64,000 nt of DNA. It comes from an uncultured Verrucomicrobiae bacterium. Lineage in GTDB: Bacteria > Verrucomicrobiota > Verrucomicrobiia > Opitutales > JABDGR01. The DNA is taken from NCBI GenBank assembly GCA_963765205.1, contig CAVXVB010000005.1:352001-416000 (forward strand), given 5' to 3'. Of this stretch, positions 30,059 through 40,548 are shown one piece after another. Under the pieces are notes generated by a model that saw only the letters and a program-made list of their open reading frames with translations, made no database searches and was not told where the DNA came from. Position 1 is the first letter of the stretch. The number at the start of each line of letters is the position of its first letter. The position numbers and the translations under genes are program-made.

Positions 30059-32485
30059 ATGTCCGAACGCCATCTCCTCGAAGCCTTTTGGGAAACCAGC
30101 GAACGCGGCCTCGCCATCCTTGCGCGCGACTGGACCGACCCCGCCCGCCCGCCGCCGCTGCGCCTCAATCCTGGCGACCGGCCTTTGCGCCTGCTCCGGC
30201 AGGTCTCGCCCTTTGTCTATGGCCGGCGCGCCGGCTGCTTTATCCACGGGCCGGACCTTGAGTTCGTCTTTTGGCCGCCGTATTATCCCAACCTCGACTG
30301 GGAGGATGAGCAGATTTTCGTGGCCGGGGATTTCAATGGCTGGCAAAAAGCGTTGGACGACCCCGCCTGGCAATTGCGACGTGAAATCCGCGACGGGCAG
30401 GGATATCTCGCGCTGCGCGTGCCCAAGGAAAAATGTCTCGGGCACCACCCTGCGCGCTTCAAGTTCATCACCGCCGAAGGCCGCTGGCAGGAATTGCCGC
30501 CGGATGTAATCAACCGCGACCGCGCCGGCGATTACGAAAATTATGTCATCGAGCCGGCGCGAACCGGCCTCCATGTTTTCTATTTTTGGGTGGACGAGGC
30601 GCACTACCTGCTCCGACGCTCGGAACTGGTCTGGGCCGACGGCGGCGGGCGTGAGACCTGCGACATCACTAATAGCGACTACCTGCTCAGCCACGCCACG
30701 GACCGGCCCCTCGGCGCCCAGCCCGAGGCCGACCGCACGGTTTTTTCCCTCTTCTCCCCGCGCGCCTCGCGCGTGAGTTTGCGCGTTTATGAAGATCCCG
30801 CCGGCCCGTTTACCTTGCAGGTGGATTTGTCCCGGCACCACGATGGCTGCTGGGAGGCGACCCTGCCGCACAACCTCCACGGCCATTACTACGATTACCA
30901 TATCGAGGGGGACAACTACGACGGCACGCGCCTGTTCAACCCCCGTATGCGCATCCTTGATCCCTACGCGCTGGCCACAGTCGGCCGCACCGGGCCGGGT
31001 CTGATTCTCGACGCTGGAAAATTCCCGCCGCCCGCGGCGGGCTTCATTCCGCCGTCCTGGCACGATCTCGTCATGGTCGAGGCGCATGTGCGCGACCTGC
31101 TCGCGCACGCGCCCCTCGAATTGCCGCCGGTCGAGCGCCGCGGCTTCAAGGGTCTCACCCAATGGCTGCGTTCGCCCGACTGCTATTTGCGCCGGCTCGG
31201 CGTCAATGCCGTCGAGCTGCAACCCGTGCAGGAATTCGACAACGAGCGGCCGGAAGATTACCACTGGGGCTACATGCCGGTGAATTATTTCGCGCCCGCC
31301 GGCGCCTACTCGACCGATCCTGCGCGCGGCGCGGCCATCGCCGAGTTTCGCGAGCTGGTCGCCGCCTTTCACGCGGCCGGCCTGGCCGTCATCCTCGACG
31401 TTGTTTACAACCATGTCGGCGAACCCAACCACCTGTTCAGCATTGACAAATATTATTATTTTACCTGCGATCACGAAGGCCACCTCACCAATTGGAGCGG
31501 CTGCGGCAACGACCTGCGCACCACCACCCCGATGGCGCGCCGCCTGATTATTGACAGCCTCATCCATTTCATCCGCGCCTTCGACGTGGACGGCTTTCGG
31601 GTGGACCTCGCCGATCTGGTCGGCCTCGCCACGCTCAAGGAAGTCGAAACCTCGCTCAAGGCCGTCAAGCCGTCCATCATCCTCATTGCCGAGCCGTGGA
31701 GCTTCAAGGGTCACATCGGCCACGCGCTACGGCACACCGGCTGGTCGTCGTGGAACGACCATTACCGCGAGTTCGTCACCCAATACGTCTGCGGCCAGGG
31801 CAATGCGGAGGGCCTGCGTTTTTTCCTCACCGGCTCGCGCGGCTCCATCGCCACCTGGCCGGCACAGACTGTCAATTATGTGCAGTCGCACGATGATCGT
31901 GCGTGGGTGGATCGCATCACGGAAAACCCCGGCCATCGCGGCGACATGCCGACGCCGACCGACATCCGCCGGCACCATTTGTTTGCCGCCATCCTGATGT
32001 CCTCGCTCGGCATCCCCATGCTCGCGCAGGGGCAGGACTTTTTGCACTCGAAGCAAGGCGTCAACAACACCTACCTGCGCGGCGACCTCAACGCACTCAA
32101 TTACGCGCGCCTCGCTCAATACCGCGCCACCCACGACTATTTTTGCGCCTGGATCAAGTTCCGGCTTTCGCCGGCGGGCCGGCACTTCCGCCACGACGGG
32201 TTTCCCCCGTCGGGCTATTTCGAGTTTTTCACCGCCCCCGACAGCTCCGCCACCGGCCTGCTCTACAATGCGAACCGCACGCTCGGCCCCGACCAGTTGT
32301 TTTTCGCCGCCAACCCACACCCGCACCCGCTCACCCTGGATACCGGCGCCCTACCCGCGGAGCAATTCCTCCAGCTCGCCAACCACGACGAACTACGCCC
32401 CGAGGGCTTGGTCGAGTCCGCGCGCTATGTTTGGAGTGGCAGCCAGCTCAAATTGCCGCCGTTAAGCGTCGGTCTCTGGCGGTAG
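30059..32485 (+). CDS. GH13 pullulanase/debranching-type glycoside hydrolase with CBM48-like modules
   Basis: YHWGYMP, ILDVVYNH, DGFRVDL (nucleophile), AEPW (acid/base), SHD; no signal peptide. Confidence 0.9.
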   Translation: MSERHLLEAFWETSERGLAILARDWTDPARPPPLRLNPGDRPLRLLRQVSPFVYGRRAGCFIHGPDLEFVFWPPYYPNLDWEDEQIFVAGDFNGWQKALDDPAWQLRREIRDGQGYLALRVPKEKCLGHHPARFKFITAEGRWQELPPDVINRDRAGDYENYVIEPARTGLHVFYFWVDEAHYLLRRSELVWADGGGRETCDITNSDYLLSHATDRPLGAQPEADRTVFSLFSPRASRVSLRVYEDPAGPFTLQVDLSRHHDGCWEATLPHNLHGHYYDYHIEGDNYDGTRLFNPRMRILDPYALATVGRTGPGLILDAGKFPPPAAGFIPPSWHDLVMVEAHVRDLLAHAPLELPPVERRGFKGLTQWLRSPDCYLRRLGVNAVELQPVQEFDNERPEDYHWGYMPVNYFAPAGAYSTDPARGAAIAEFRELVAAFHAAGLAVILDVVYNHVGEPNHLFSIDKYYYFTCDHEGHLTNWSGCGNDLRTTTPMARRLIIDSLIHFIRAFDVDGFRVDLADLVGLATLKEVETSLKAVKPSIILIAEPWSFKGHIGHALRHTGWSSWNDHYREFVTQYVCGQGNAEGLRFFLTGSRGSIATWPAQTVNYVQSHDDRAWVDRITENPGHRGDMPTPTDIRRHHLFAAILMSSLGIPMLAQGQDFLHSKQGVNNTYLRGDLNALNYARLAQYRATHDYFCAWIKFRLSPAGRHFRHDGFPPSGYFEFFTAPDSSATGLLYNANRTLGPDQLFFAANPHPHPLTLDTGALPAEQFLQLANHDELRPEGLVESARYVWSGSQLKLPPLSVGLWR

Positions 32486-32527
32486 CCTTGAGGACGAACT
32501 CAGTTCCCTGGCCCTTCCCCAACTGCT

Positions 32528-33025
32528 TTACCAGCGCCGAGCAAAGAGCAACCAGACCAAAATCAGCCAAAAAACCACGCCGCCGCCGGCCAGCCCAGCA
32601 CTGAGCCATTGCAATCGCTGGGCGGTTTGCGGGTAGCCCCGGGCCGCGAGGTCGCGCGCCAAGGCCCAAGCCCGCCACGCCAGAGGTGGCAGCGCAAAGC
32701 ACCAGCCGCAAGTCGTGTAGGCGCGGAGGGCTTCCGTCTGGGGGACGTTTTCCCCTGGGGTGGCCGCGATGGCCTGGGCGGGCGGGTGCGCGGCCAGCTC
32801 CAGCGTGGACAGATCATCGCCCTCCGGCGCGCCGAACAGCGGCTCTGCCATCGGCGCCGCAGTGGGCGGCAGCAATTGCTTCAGCGGCACCAAGCCCGCC
32901 GCAGTCTCGACTCGGTGCAGCAGCCCGATGTCGCCACGTTTCAACAAATCGCCCAATTGGTCAAGCGAGTAGGGCCCGTCGCGCCGCCCTTTCCAGACAA
33001 TGAAATAGGTTTCGACGGCGGGCAT
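32528..33025 (-). CDS. GYF_2/DUF4339-like domain membrane protein
   Basis: N-terminal YFIVWKGRRDGPYSLDQLGDLLKRGDI and C-terminal hydrophobic helices. Confidence 0.75.
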   Translation of the reverse strand: MPAVETYFIVWKGRRDGPYSLDQLGDLLKRGDIGLLHRVETAAGLVPLKQLLPPTAAPMAEPLFGAPEGDDLSTLELAAHPPAQAIAATPGENVPQTEALRAYTTCGWCFALPPLAWRAWALARDLAARGYPQTAQRLQWLSAGLAGGGVVFWLILVWLLFARRW

Positions 33026-33092
33026 GGGGAAAAGAGGATGTAGATTGCAAATCTTGGATTTCAAATTTCAGAGGGACCTGACTTGCGGCCCG

Positions 33093-36023
33093 TCACGGCG
33101 TGGCATTTTCCGGCAAATACACCAGCGGCGTCAAGCGCGCGGGCACCCCTTCGCCTGACCGGCCGCTGATTTGGCCGCCGCGCCTTTCGTAAAGCGGGCG
33201 CCAGACGCCATCAGCGTTGAAGCCCCACAGGGTCGCGCCCTCCGGCGCCGAGCCGGCCAAATGCGGCGCATTGTCCAGGTCCACATAACCGGCAAAAAAT
33301 ACCGGCGTCGCGTGTTTCTTCAGCAATTCCTGCAAATTCGCCAGCGCTTCCTGGTAATAACTCACGCCCCCGGTGCCTTTGTAGAAGGCCCGCAGATTGG
33401 CCGGCAGCGGCGAATCAGCCGGGGTGAACAACCAGTCGCCCGGCTGCAAGTGGCCGCCGGTGAGGCGCGTCAATTCCTCCGCGTCTTTTTTTGCCGTGGG
33501 CGAAAATGTCAGGCCCCAGTCGCGCGGGCGGTCTTGCATGATGCGGAGTATCTCCTGCTGGAAATAGGCCTTGAGCAGCGGCGAGGAGCCGGCGTCGGCC
33601 CGCAGGTCGTCGAGCACGCGCAGCAACGGCTCGCGAATGGCGCTGCGGTCCTTGTCGTAGGCGTCCGCCACCCGCGCCACGAGTTTGGCTTCGGGCGCCG
33701 GCTGGACGTTTTCGAATTTTTGACCGTTGCCTTTCAAGCCGTTGAATTGCAACCAGCCCACGATTTTTTCCGGGGTGGTTCCATCACCGGCGATGACTTT
33801 GCTCGTCATGGTCAATTCGTGCTCGGTGTCATTTTTGTGCTCCTCCACGCTGGGTGGCCCGGCGAGGAACAGCGGCTGGCGCGCAGTCACGGTGTCGTTC
33901 GCATAAGTGACGAGGTCGGCCCGGTAAAGGTTGCCGAGGGCGCCATTTTGGGTGAGGCGGGCAAATGCAATGTCCTCTTTCTGATTGTCATCGGCTGGTT
34001 GCAGGCGCGCCTCGCTGAGGGTGCCGAGAAAGGCCCAGGTCTCCGCGTCGTCAGGCAACAAAATGTGCTGGGCTGCGCCGGTCCAATCAGGCTTCTTTGA
34101 CCCGAGCGCGTGGGCGGCGGCCACATCCGGATCGTTGCCCAGCGGGTTGGGCGCGAGCGCCTCAATAACGGCCTGGTAATCCGCCAGCGAATTCACTTGC
34201 GCGAGTTGCGCGCGGCTGGCGATCACGCTTTCCGCCGCGGGGCCGAGCTGGTCGAGCTTCGCGACGAGGGCTGTCAATTTCTGAAAAGTGGCCGCTTCGG
34301 CCAGGCTGCGCTGGCTGGGATCCACGGTGAGGGCGTCCGCCTCGGCGGTGATTTTCCGCGCGGCGGCCACGGCGGTCTGTGCGGCGTCCGCAGTCTGGGC
34401 GGAGTCGAGTTGCTGGGTGACGATCTGGTCGGCGCGCGAATAAATATCGGCCAGGCGGGCGGTGCGCGCGTCTTGGTCGCCGGCCAATTGCTGGTTCAGG
34501 CGCAGGCGCAGTTCGTGCAGGGCGGCTTTGGCGTGCTGCGCATCTCCCGCGCCGAGGTCACTGGTCTCCTGGTCGAGGCCGTCCAGGGTCTTGAACAAGC
34601 CGGCAATCTGGTTGGGCGATGGTTTTTCCGCCGCTTGCCGCACAAGCGCCAGCTCCTGGTTAAAGCGGTCGAGGGCGGCCAAGTGGACTTTCGCGTAGGC
34701 CCGCGTCTGGTCGAGCGCCTTCGTGGTTGCGTCGTCCACCGGCTGGCCGCCAAAGTCTGCATCGTAGTTTTTCAGCGCGTCGGCCAGCGTGACAGCAGCC
34801 CCGTCATTGTAATCCTGCGCGATGGCAGTCAGGGCGGCCTGCTGGCGGACGCGGCGCACTTGGGCCCGGATGGCGATCGCCGCCACCGCCACAATCAGGA
34901 GAATCGCCGCCGCAGTCACCCCCGCCAAGGTCAACTTGCGCCGGCGCAATTGCCGCCGCAGTGACTCTGCCGCCGCGTTCACCCGTTCGAGCAATTCCGG
35001 TGGCGGCGCGTGGTTGTTCTGATCATGGGCTTGCGCAGCCAGCGTCGAAGATTGTGTGGCCAATTCCGCGATTTGTTCGGTGAGGATGGGGTCGGGCTTT
35101 TTGGCGGGATTCTCCGCGGCCAATTCATTCAGCCGCGCGGCCACGCGGTCCCAGGACCGCTCGCGCTCCTGCTCCTGCATGCGCCCGGACAGCAGGCCCG
35201 CGGCCCATTCGCGTGCGCCGGCGGCCAGGGCCTCGGTGTCCGGCGGCAAGGTGAAAGAAAACTGCCCGCGCAACGTGTCCCATTCCGCGAGCATGGGCAA
35301 GGCGTCCTGCCAGCGGCCCTCGATGCGCAGTTGGCGCAATTGCGCGGCCAAATCCTGGCAGCGGGCGCGCGCTTCGACGAATTGATGCTCCTCGCGGAAT
35401 TTGAGCGCGCGCCGCCACGTCGGATCTTCGTCGCGGCCCGGCCAGTTGTCCGCCTCAAACGAGTCCATCAACGCCAGCACCCGCGCCGCTTCATGACGGT
35501 CGAGCGCGCCAGCGAGTTCGCCGCGGCGCTGCACGAAGAGCTTGTGGGCCAGGCGCGCGAACTCCGCGTGCGCGTTGGCGTCGTCATGGTTGATGCGCCG
35601 GATGGATTGCAGCACGCGCAGCGCCTGCTCGTCGTGGCGCGTGCGGATGGCCTGGCGGTATTCGCGGTAGAGCGGGTGCGTCTCGCTGATTTTCTTGCCG
35701 TAGAGCTGGTTGACCAGGTCCACGCTGCGCTCGTCAAACGGCGGCGCGGCGGGCAGGTTGCGCTGGCGGCAGAACGTGCGCCAGTGGTCGGCCTCGGCAA
35801 ACGACAACTGCCGCACCAAGTCCAGCACCGACGGTGGCGATTCCGCAATTTGCAACGCGGGAAAGTCCTGCCCTTCGCGAATCAGCGGCACGACTTGTTC
35901 GAGGCGTTGCGCCGCTTTTGCGCACAAGGCCACGTATTCGTCCGCCAGCGCCCGCAGCTCGAACTCCGAGGCATACCCCGAGAGCGCGGCGCGGATGCGG
36001 CTAAGGAGTCGGTCCAGTTTCAT
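33093..36023 (-). CDS. Large helical membrane-anchored hypothetical protein (GTPase operon)
   Basis: 976 aa; helical N-terminal part, one TM (LTLAGVTAAAILLIVAVAAIAI) after RRQLRRRK, long coiled-coil-like C-terminal region; overlaps the upstream gene. Confidence 0.85.
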   Translation of the reverse strand: MKLDRLLSRIRAALSGYASEFELRALADEYVALCAKAAQRLEQVVPLIREGQDFPALQIAESPPSVLDLVRQLSFAEADHWRTFCRQRNLPAAPPFDERSVDLVNQLYGKKISETHPLYREYRQAIRTRHDEQALRVLQSIRRINHDDANAHAEFARLAHKLFVQRRGELAGALDRHEAARVLALMDSFEADNWPGRDEDPTWRRALKFREEHQFVEARARCQDLAAQLRQLRIEGRWQDALPMLAEWDTLRGQFSFTLPPDTEALAAGAREWAAGLLSGRMQEQERERSWDRVAARLNELAAENPAKKPDPILTEQIAELATQSSTLAAQAHDQNNHAPPPELLERVNAAAESLRRQLRRRKLTLAGVTAAAILLIVAVAAIAIRAQVRRVRQQAALTAIAQDYNDGAAVTLADALKNYDADFGGQPVDDATTKALDQTRAYAKVHLAALDRFNQELALVRQAAEKPSPNQIAGLFKTLDGLDQETSDLGAGDAQHAKAALHELRLRLNQQLAGDQDARTARLADIYSRADQIVTQQLDSAQTADAAQTAVAAARKITAEADALTVDPSQRSLAEAATFQKLTALVAKLDQLGPAAESVIASRAQLAQVNSLADYQAVIEALAPNPLGNDPDVAAAHALGSKKPDWTGAAQHILLPDDAETWAFLGTLSEARLQPADDNQKEDIAFARLTQNGALGNLYRADLVTYANDTVTARQPLFLAGPPSVEEHKNDTEHELTMTSKVIAGDGTTPEKIVGWLQFNGLKGNGQKFENVQPAPEAKLVARVADAYDKDRSAIREPLLRVLDDLRADAGSSPLLKAYFQQEILRIMQDRPRDWGLTFSPTAKKDAEELTRLTGGHLQPGDWLFTPADSPLPANLRAFYKGTGGVSYYQEALANLQELLKKHATPVFFAGYVDLDNAPHLAGSAPEGATLWGFNADGVWRPLYERRGGQISGRSGEGVPARLTPLVYLPENATP

Positions 36024-38457
36024 GCGGGTTAAATTGCAGAAAAATCAAAGTGTCCTTCGAGGCGACGGTGTATAGGAGCAGCCAGGGCGCGGCGGCAGCG
36101 GGCCAATCCGCCTGGGCTGTGGCATTGGCGGCGGCGGTGGCCTGGTCCAAATCGTGTTGCAGTTTTTTCACGGTTTGCGCGGCCAGGTCAATGGCGCCCT
36201 GCGGGGGCCGGCGGTCCACCGGGCCGTTGGCGGCATCGGTCAAATCTTGCCAGTCCTTCTGCGCCTGGGCGAGGTCGTTTTGTTCGCTGCGCATTTTCGC
36301 CTTCAACTTTTCCGTAAGGTCGGCGGCCGGATACTGCACGGCGCTGGGCGTGGGCGCGGGCGGCCCCTCCAGCCCCGGCAGGAGAGTGGCAGCCGGGCTG
36401 AGGTTCGTCGGCTCCAAGTGAAACGATTGCCCGGCCGAGGCATGCCAGGACAGGTTGTGGACCAGCCAGGGCGGCAGCGTCACCGTGGCCGGCGCGCCTT
36501 CCGCGGCCAGCCACGCCAGCGGCACCGACACCGGCTTCCAGGGTTGGATGCCCGTGTTATCCAATCGTCGCAGCAATAAATAAAACGAGCGCAGCGGCGG
36601 CTCCCCCGCAAAATGCAGCCACATTTCGCGGCTGACGGGTCGCAAGGGCGCGTTGGCGGGGTAGCGCTGGAAAATTTCCCCGTTGGGCTGGAACTGCCGC
36701 AAGGTCAGCCGCGTCTTCCCCGGCGCCTCCACCTCCAATTGCAAAAACCGCCCGCCGGCCGCGCCGCGCGAGGCATCGTGCAAAATCAAATAACTTTGCG
36801 GACCAAAATCCGCGTTCAACACCGTGAAGTTAAACCATTGGTCCGCCGCTGGCAGGATGATGGACGTGGCGGACGCGGCCGAGACCTGGAATTTACCCGT
36901 CGCGGAACCGAGCAGCGCGTCCAATTCCGGAATGGAAACCACGGCGGTGGCGTCTTCGTAATCCGGACCGGAACCGGCCGCCGTCAAGTCATCCACCAGC
37001 CACACGGGCGCATCGGGCAACTGGCCGAGAAACTTGAATTCGGTGAGCAGGGTGTTTTCTGTTTTTTCCATCTCCTCCGGGTTGCGGAACGGCCACGCGC
37101 GCGGCACGCCGTGCAAGGCGGCCAGTTGCGCCGACAACGCGGTCAGATTGGCCGGGCCGGCCTCCAATTGCGCGGCAATCTGGCCCACCTGGTCGAGCCA
37201 TTCCTGGCGCGCGCCCGGCACTAACTTGCCGTTTAGTACATCCACATGCGCCTGCGCCAGTTCCGGCGTCGCGTCATTGAAAGTTTTCCATTGGGCCAGC
37301 GCGTCGAGAAATTTCCCCTGGCCGGCCAGTTGCTCGATATCCAGCAGTGCCTGTTCATTCGTGACCGCCTCATTCGCGATCGCCGTATTTGCGATGGGCG
37401 GCGGGGCCGGCGCCATGGGCTGGGTCGGCGGCGCCAAGGCCAGCGTGGGGCTGGAATGGGAGGCTATCGAAAGCATGATCATGACGGTCACCACGCCGAC
37501 CACCATGCCCGCCACCGCGGCCAAAATCCAAAAGCTCGCGCCTTGCCGCGCCGGGGGCCGCGCGCGCGGAATGGGCGCGGGCAGGATTCTTTCCGCCGCC
37601 GCCGGTGGTGGTTCAGGGCGCGCGGGTGCGGGTGGGGTTCGCGCGGTCGCCGGGCGGGTGGGCATGCGGGCTTCGCCCCGCGCCATTCGTGCCGTCGCGC
37701 TAGTGGGAATGATGGGCAAGGTCTCCGGCCGCGTCAGGTCAAGAACGACGCCCGCCCGGGTGATGGCCGCTTCGGCCGGCGAACCCGCGCGCACCCCCGC
37801 CCAGCGGAAGGCGGACAACGACTCGGCCAGTTGGAGGCAGTTCGTGAACTTGGCATGCCACCGTTCCATGGCCGGCAGCAAAGCAATGGATTCGCGGAAC
37901 AAGTAGAGAATTTCGCCTTCGCGCCCCGCGGCGTAACGCAGCACGCGGTTCGCCGGCTGCGCGCCTTCGAGCAGCAACACCGCGTGTCCCGCGTCGCCCG
38001 CGATCGTTTTCCACGCCTGCGCCGGCAACGGGGGCGAGGGCGCGGCCGGCAACGCGGCGACATTCACCACGTCGCGCTCCGTCAGCCAGCGCGGTGGGCC
38101 TTCCCAGCGGTTCAGCCAGCCCGGCCAGCGCAAAAAAATGTCCGGCGGCGGCGGCGCGTGTTCCGTTTCCGCCGGGTCGAGGATCAGGTGGTGGGCCAGG
38201 TAATGGTTGCGGTGCGTGTAATCATAGCCTGCGTCCACCAACCGGCTCAGCACCGGGAAGCGAGTGCCACCGACCTCCACCAACCGGAAGGCGCAAATGA
38301 CCGGCGGGGGCTGCCAGTCGGAGGGAAAGACGCTCAGGCTCTCGAGAATCGGCACCAGGCGTTCGCGCAAATCACCGTGCCGGGCGACAGTGCCGTAGCC
38401 CGTGCGTCCCGGGGTCAGCCCTTGCGGGGCGCTGGTGAACACAAGTTGCCGCGCCAT
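36001..38457 (-). CDS. GTPase-associated protein 1 (GAP1-N2/GAP1-M-like) with TM and extracytoplasmic region
   Basis: MARQLVFTSAPQGLTPGRTGYGTVA...DYTHRNHYLAHHL, then W..AGDAG...ESIALLPAMERW..FT, a Pro-rich linker and a TM. ATG at 38457. Confidence 0.75.
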   Translation of the reverse strand: MARQLVFTSAPQGLTPGRTGYGTVARHGDLRERLVPILESLSVFPSDWQPPPVICAFRLVEVGGTRFPVLSRLVDAGYDYTHRNHYLAHHLILDPAETEHAPPPPDIFLRWPGWLNRWEGPPRWLTERDVVNVAALPAAPSPPLPAQAWKTIAGDAGHAVLLLEGAQPANRVLRYAAGREGEILYLFRESIALLPAMERWHAKFTNCLQLAESLSAFRWAGVRAGSPAEAAITRAGVVLDLTRPETLPIIPTSATARMARGEARMPTRPATARTPPAPARPEPPPAAAERILPAPIPRARPPARQGASFWILAAVAGMVVGVVTVMIMLSIASHSSPTLALAPPTQPMAPAPPPIANTAIANEAVTNEQALLDIEQLAGQGKFLDALAQWKTFNDATPELAQAHVDVLNGKLVPGARQEWLDQVGQIAAQLEAGPANLTALSAQLAALHGVPRAWPFRNPEEMEKTENTLLTEFKFLGQLPDAPVWLVDDLTAAGSGPDYEDATAVVSIPELDALLGSATGKFQVSAASATSIILPAADQWFNFTVLNADFGPQSYLILHDASRGAAGGRFLQLEVEAPGKTRLTLRQFQPNGEIFQRYPANAPLRPVSREMWLHFAGEPPLRSFYLLLRRLDNTGIQPWKPVSVPLAWLAAEGAPATVTLPPWLVHNLSWHASAGQSFHLEPTNLSPAATLLPGLEGPPAPTPSAVQYPAADLTEKLKAKMRSEQNDLAQAQKDWQDLTDAANGPVDRRPPQGAIDLAAQTVKKLQHDLDQATAAANATAQADWPAAAAPWLLLYTVASKDTLIFLQFNPHETGPTP

Positions 38458-38468
38458 GGTCAGAAAAT

Positions 38469-40285
38469 TTATCGGCTGGGGAACAGTTGCGGCATCAGCC
38501 GCGACAGCGCCCACAGCGTGGGAATCTCCAGAAAAATCGGTTCGATGCGCTTCGGGTTCGGCGCCAGCAGCCCCGCGCCTGCGCCCGACATGATGCGTGC
38601 GGGTGAATGGCCGAACGCACTCACAGGAAAGTAGCGCACCGTGCGCGCCAGCCCCTCGGCATGCGCCACAATCGCCGGGTCCACCCGCGTCATGAATTCG
38701 CGCAGGAGAGCGGAGTTGGCGTCCACCAGCGCCTGGTCCACGATCCCGTCGTGCAGCGGGTTCTTGAACAGGTCCCACTGCACCAGGTGCTTCCACACGT
38801 CGCATTTGCCGATCAGCACGGCCAGCGGCACGTCAATCTTCCGCCCCGGCTCGAGGGCGAGCAGGCGCTTCACGCGGATTTCCATCTCCGCCATGATGCT
38901 GTCCTGCTGGTCCAGCCGCGCGCTTTGTGCCAGTTGCGGGTCCGCCGAGTCGGCCAGGATTTTGCGGAAGCCGAAATTCGAGGTCGGGTCGAATAGAAAA
39001 AATATCGTGGCCGAGCTGGCCACGTGCAGCGCGCCCGGCGAATCCTCGACATCCACCCCCGGCTCGAAGTGCTCGCCCGCATTGTCATAAAATATCACTG
39101 CGCAATCCGTCGCGTGGTCGCTGGTTTCCGCCGTGCCGTCCGGCCGGTTGACGGCGCGGCCCACCGCGTAGGCAAACGGGCGCGGCAGCGCCACCATCCG
39201 GCCATACCGCGGCAACCGCTCATACATCGCGCCCTCGAGCGCCGTCTTGGCCAGGATGGCCTCTTCGGGCTGGCTGGCGGAAAAGAGCCGGTTTTTCATC
39301 TGGTTGAGCAGCATGTTGCCCGTCGGGTCGCCGTCCTTGAGCACCAGCCCGAATTCGCGAAACAATGTCTGTTGCAGCACCTTGAGCAGCACGGACAAGT
39401 AATACGTCTTCCCTGCGCTCGGCGCGCCCACAATCGAAAAAATAAATTGCGGCACTTCCAAAAACCCCGGCGGCAACCGCCGGCGGCAATGCGGGCAGGC
39501 CAGATCGGCCGAGGGCAAGCCCAGCGGGTCAATCGCCTGGCCCAAGTCATTGAAACGCGTCGGGTAAAAACGCAGCCGCGCGTCCTCGCCCAGAATCGGG
39601 TCGCCCCGCAGGCTGTCGTGCGAGGCGATGTTCATCGCGTCGCCGGCGTCGAATTTCAGCCAGCACACCGGGCAGGTGAATTGCGCGCGCGCGCCGTCCG
39701 GCCCGGCCGTTTCGCCGTGGCTGGCCGACGGCGGCAGGCTCACGCCCAGCGCTTCGAACACCTGCGCGAGAAAAAATCCGCTCTCCAACCCCAGCGGCGC
39801 GGCGGCGTATTGCACCGGTCCAGCCCCCGCGCGCGCACCAGCTCCGGCAAATCCCGAAAACGCGTGACGCCCTCGACATGCCCGTCCGCCACGCGGAACA
39901 GCCGCCAGTCGTCGGTCTGGACTTTTTGGAGCTGCGCCTCCGCCTCCGCGCCCGCGGCCAGCGCCACCAGGTCGCGCCCGATTTGCAGGAGTGTGATGCC
40001 CGGCTGGATTTCACAAGTGTTCGAGGCCGGCGCGCCGTTCACGCGCACCCCGCGCGGATTTTCCGGCGTCAGGCGGAAGCCCTCGTCCGTGTCCTCGATC
40101 AGGCAGCCCGCCTCGCCCGGCTCGAGGCTGAGCGCCTTCCACGCCGCATTCTCCGTCTGCCCCAGCCGCGCGGGAAAGGTGGAGAGATCCGTTATCTGTC
40201 CGCGCAGGCAATCCACCAGCGCGAGGCTCGGCCGCGCGGAGCCTTTGCGGGTCAGGGGCAGAAAATTAGGCCGGGGGGCGGGCAT
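38469..40285 (-). CDS. FHA-like + Zn-ribbon + TRAFAC-type GTPase, split by a 1-bp frameshift near 39818
   Basis: G1 GAPSAGKT, G3 DNAGE, G4-like GKCD, G5 VSAFG; CPVC...CPHC. ORF 39740..40285 joins 38469..39815 if one base is restored (GLD-P-VQYAA). Confidence 0.8.
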
Positions 40286-40462
40286 GGCGGAATCGGAAAA
40301 AGAATCGGGGAACGCCGTTAGGAAAACAACTGCGGGGGGGTATGGTCAACCGGCTGGCCCAGCGCCCCCCATTGTTGCGCTTCGACGCTCTGCTGCCAAT
40401 ATCCAAATAAGCCGCAGGCGGGGGAAAGTTCCCATGCGTGGTATTAAAGCCCAAGGCAATTC

Positions 40463-40535
40463 ACCGCAAAGGTGCCAAGAACGCCAAGGAGGGTTTTTGC
40501 AAAGGAGGCACTCTTCGCGCTCTTTGCGTCTTGAC
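40463..40535. repeat. Inverted pair of about 9-mer arrays (cgcaaag/gccaag ... ctttgcg)
   Basis: accgcaaaggtgccaagaacgccaagg ... cttcgcgctctttgcgtcttgacgg. Confidence 0.6.
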
Positions 40536-40548
40536 GGGGGAAAATCCA

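Noticed and set aside
38458..38805. N-terminal 116 aa of the 934-aa ORF call
   Set aside because: Overlaps the GTPase gene in another frame; the domain-like sequence starts at ATG 38457.
39810..39825. Programmed ribosomal frameshift in the GTPase gene
   Set aside because: No slippery heptamer is evident, and three other similar indels nearby favour error or mutation.
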